Source of the DNA: an uncultured Gemmatimonadales bacterium
GTDB lineage: Bacteria > Gemmatimonadota > Gemmatimonadetes > Longimicrobiales > Longimicrobiaceae
Assembly: GCA_963716255.1 (NCBI GenBank)
Contig: OY970303.1
Location: 5,216,001 to 5,280,000, forward strand
DNA length: 64,000 nucleotides
Direction of reading: 5' to 3'
Each line of letters begins with the position of its first letter. Positions within the stretch are counted from its first letter, which is position 1. Of the stretch, positions 59,601-62,600 are shown one piece after another. Made by a program: the position numbers and the translations under genes. The notes below the pieces were generated by a model that searched no databases, was not told where the DNA came from, and was given only the letters and a program-made list of their open reading frames with translations.

Positions 59601-62600
59601 GATAGGCACCACCGGCCTTGAGGATACCCAGCACGCCGACGACCATCTCCGGCGAGCGCTCCACGCACAGGCCCACCCGCACCTCCGGCACGACGCCGTG
59701 ACGCCGCAGGAGGTGCCCGAGCTGGTTGGACCTGTGCTCCAGCTCCGCGTAGGTGAGCACCTCGTCGCCGAAGAGCACCGCCGCCGCGTCGGGGGTACGC
59801 GCCGCCTGCTCCGCGAAGAGTTCGTGGATGCACCCCCGCGGGAACTCCGCCGCGGTTGTGTTCCAGGCCTCCAGCACCTGCGCCCGCTCCGCCCCGCGAA
59901 GCAGCGATACTTCCGAGAGACTCCGCCGCGGATCTGCCGCCATGGCCCCGAGCACCACCTCCAGGTGCCCCACCATGCGCTCGATGCTCTCCACCTCGAA
60001 GAGAGCCTTCCGGTAGACCAGCGCGCCGCTCAGCGCCCCACCGGAATCGGCGACCACCAGATCCAGGTCGAACCGGGCGACACCTTCGCCTTCCCGCCCG
60101 AACAGCTCCACCGACAGCCCGCCCAGCTCCAGCAGTTCGTCAGGCCCGCTGGACCTGTTCATCGCGAAGATCGCCTGGAAAAGCGGGGTGTGCGTGAGAC
60201 TGCGCTCGGTCGCCAGCTCTTCCACCAGGCGCTCGAAGGGCAGCTCCTGGTGCTCGTAGGCCCCGAGCGCCTCCTCGCGCACCCGCCCCAGCAGCTCGGT
60301 CCAGGTGGGGTCTCCCGCCAGGTCGCCGCGCAGGGCCAGCATGTTGACGAAGAAGCCGATCAGCCCCTCGGTCTCCCGCCGGTTCCGCCCCGCGATGGGG
60401 CTGCCCACGACCACGTCCTCCTGCCCCGCCCAGCGGCCCAGCAGCGCCTGCCACCCCGCGAGCACCGTCATGAAAAGCGTTGCCCCCTCGGCCCGCGAGA
60501 GCGCTCGCAGCTCGTCCGACAGCCCGGCCGGGAGCGCGAATCGCTGGCTTCCCGCCTCCGCCCTCTGTCCGGCGGCACGCGGGCGGTCGGTGGGGATCTC
60601 CAGCAGCGGCGGCGCCCCCGCCATGCGGTCGCGCCAGTACGCCAGCTGCGTTTCCAGGACCTCCTCGCTCAGCCATCTGCGCTGCCAGGCTGCGTAGTCG
60701 GCGTACTGCACCGGCAGCTCCGGCAGCCGCGGCGTCTCGCCCCGGCTGAGGGCGGCGTAGAGCTGGGAGACCTCGCGCACCAGCACGTCCATGCTCCACC
60801 CGTCGCTGACGACGTGGTGCAGCGTGAAGCACAGCACGTGGTCCTCCCCCGACAGGCGCAGCAGCGTGCTCCGCAGCAGCGGCCCCCGCGACAGGTCGAA
60901 CGGGCGCATCGCCTCCAGGCCAGCCAGCCGCTGCGCCAGGTGTTGGCGCGCTTCGCCGGGCAGACCGCCCAGGTCCAGCACCGGCAGCGGCACGGGAGCG
61001 GCCGGGTGGATCACCTGCACGGGCACGCCGTCGTGCTCGGCGAACGTGGTGCGCAGCGCCTCGTGCCGACCCACCAGCCCGCCGATGCTCCCCCGCAGCG
61101 CCCGCACGTCCAGCGCGCCGCGCAGCCGCAGCGCGTACGGCATGTTGTAGGCGGGGCTGCCCGGCTCCAGCCGGTCCACCACCCACAGCCGCTGCTGCGC
61201 AAAGGACAGCGGCAGCGGACCTTCCCGCGAGACCTGCTCGATCGGCGGCGCCGACGACGTGCCGGCGCAGCGCAGCGCCTCGATCCGCCCGGCCAGCGCG
61301 GCCAGGCTCGGCGCCTCGAACAGCGCCCGCAGCGGCACCTCCACCCCGAAGGCCTGCCGCGCCCGCGTGACCACCTGCATGGCCAGCAGCGAGTAGCCTC
61401 CCAGCTCGAAGAAGTTGGCCTCCACCCCCACACGCTCCACGCCCAGCACCTCCGCCCAGATCCCCGCCAGCACCTCCTCGGCTGCCGTGCGCGGCGCCAC
61501 GTACGCCGCTGCCGAGCCCTGCTCCGGCGCCGGCAGCGCGCGCCGGTCCACCTTGCCGTTGGCGTTGAGCGGCAGCCGCTCCAGCACCACGTACGCCCCC
61601 GGGACCATGTACTCCGGCAGGCGCATTCCCAGCTTCGCCCGCAGCTCGCCCGGCGCAAGGCGAGCATCTTCCTCCGGGACCACGTAGGCGACCAGACGCC
61701 GGTTTCCCGGCACGTCCTCCCGCACCGCCACTACCGCCTCCCGCACACCCTCCTGCTCCAGCAGCACCGCCTCCACCTCCCCGGGCTCGATCCGGAAGCC
61801 ACGGATCTTCACCTGCGCGTCCAGCCGCCCCAGGTACTCCACCTCCCCACGCCCATTCCACCGTACCCGGTCTCCCGTGCGGTACAGCCGCGACCCCAGC
61901 GCGACGAACGCGTCCGGGACGAACCTTTCGGCGGTCTGCGCCGGCTGCCCCAGGTAGCCGCGCGCCACGCCCACTCCCCCCACGTACAGCTCGCCCGGCA
62001 TTCCCGGGGGCACCGCCTCCCCGGACGCGTCGAGCACGTAGAGCGCCGTGTTCCCCAGCGGCACTCCGATGGGCACCGTCGACGCCCCGGGCTCCACCCC
62101 CCGCACCAGCTGCCAGCTCGCGTACGTCGTCGTCTCCGTGGGCCCGTACACGTGCAGCAGCCGCTCCGGAGCGCCCCGCTCCAGCACCCGCCGCACGCTC
62201 TGCGGGTCCACCAGCTCCCCGCCGAAGAGCACGTGCCGCAGCGAGCCGAAGGCGCCCGGCTCGTCGTGCGCGACGCGGTTGAACAGCGCCGTGGTCACGA
62301 ACACAGCGCTCACGCCGCGCCCGCGCAGCTCCGCCGCGAAGACGGACGGCGAGAGCGTGGCCTCGCGCTCAATCACCACCAGCGAGCCGCCGCCCAGCAG
62401 CGCGCCCCAGATCTCGAACGTGGCCGCGTCGAAGGCCAGGTTGGAGACCTGCGCGATACGCTCCTGCGGCCCGAAGGGCACGTAGCGGGTGTTGTGCACC
62501 AGGCGCACCACGGAAGCGTGCGCCACCGCCACGCCCTTGGGCCGCCCCGTCGATCCCGAGGTGTAGATGACGTACGCCAGCTGGCCCGGGTGGGACGCCA

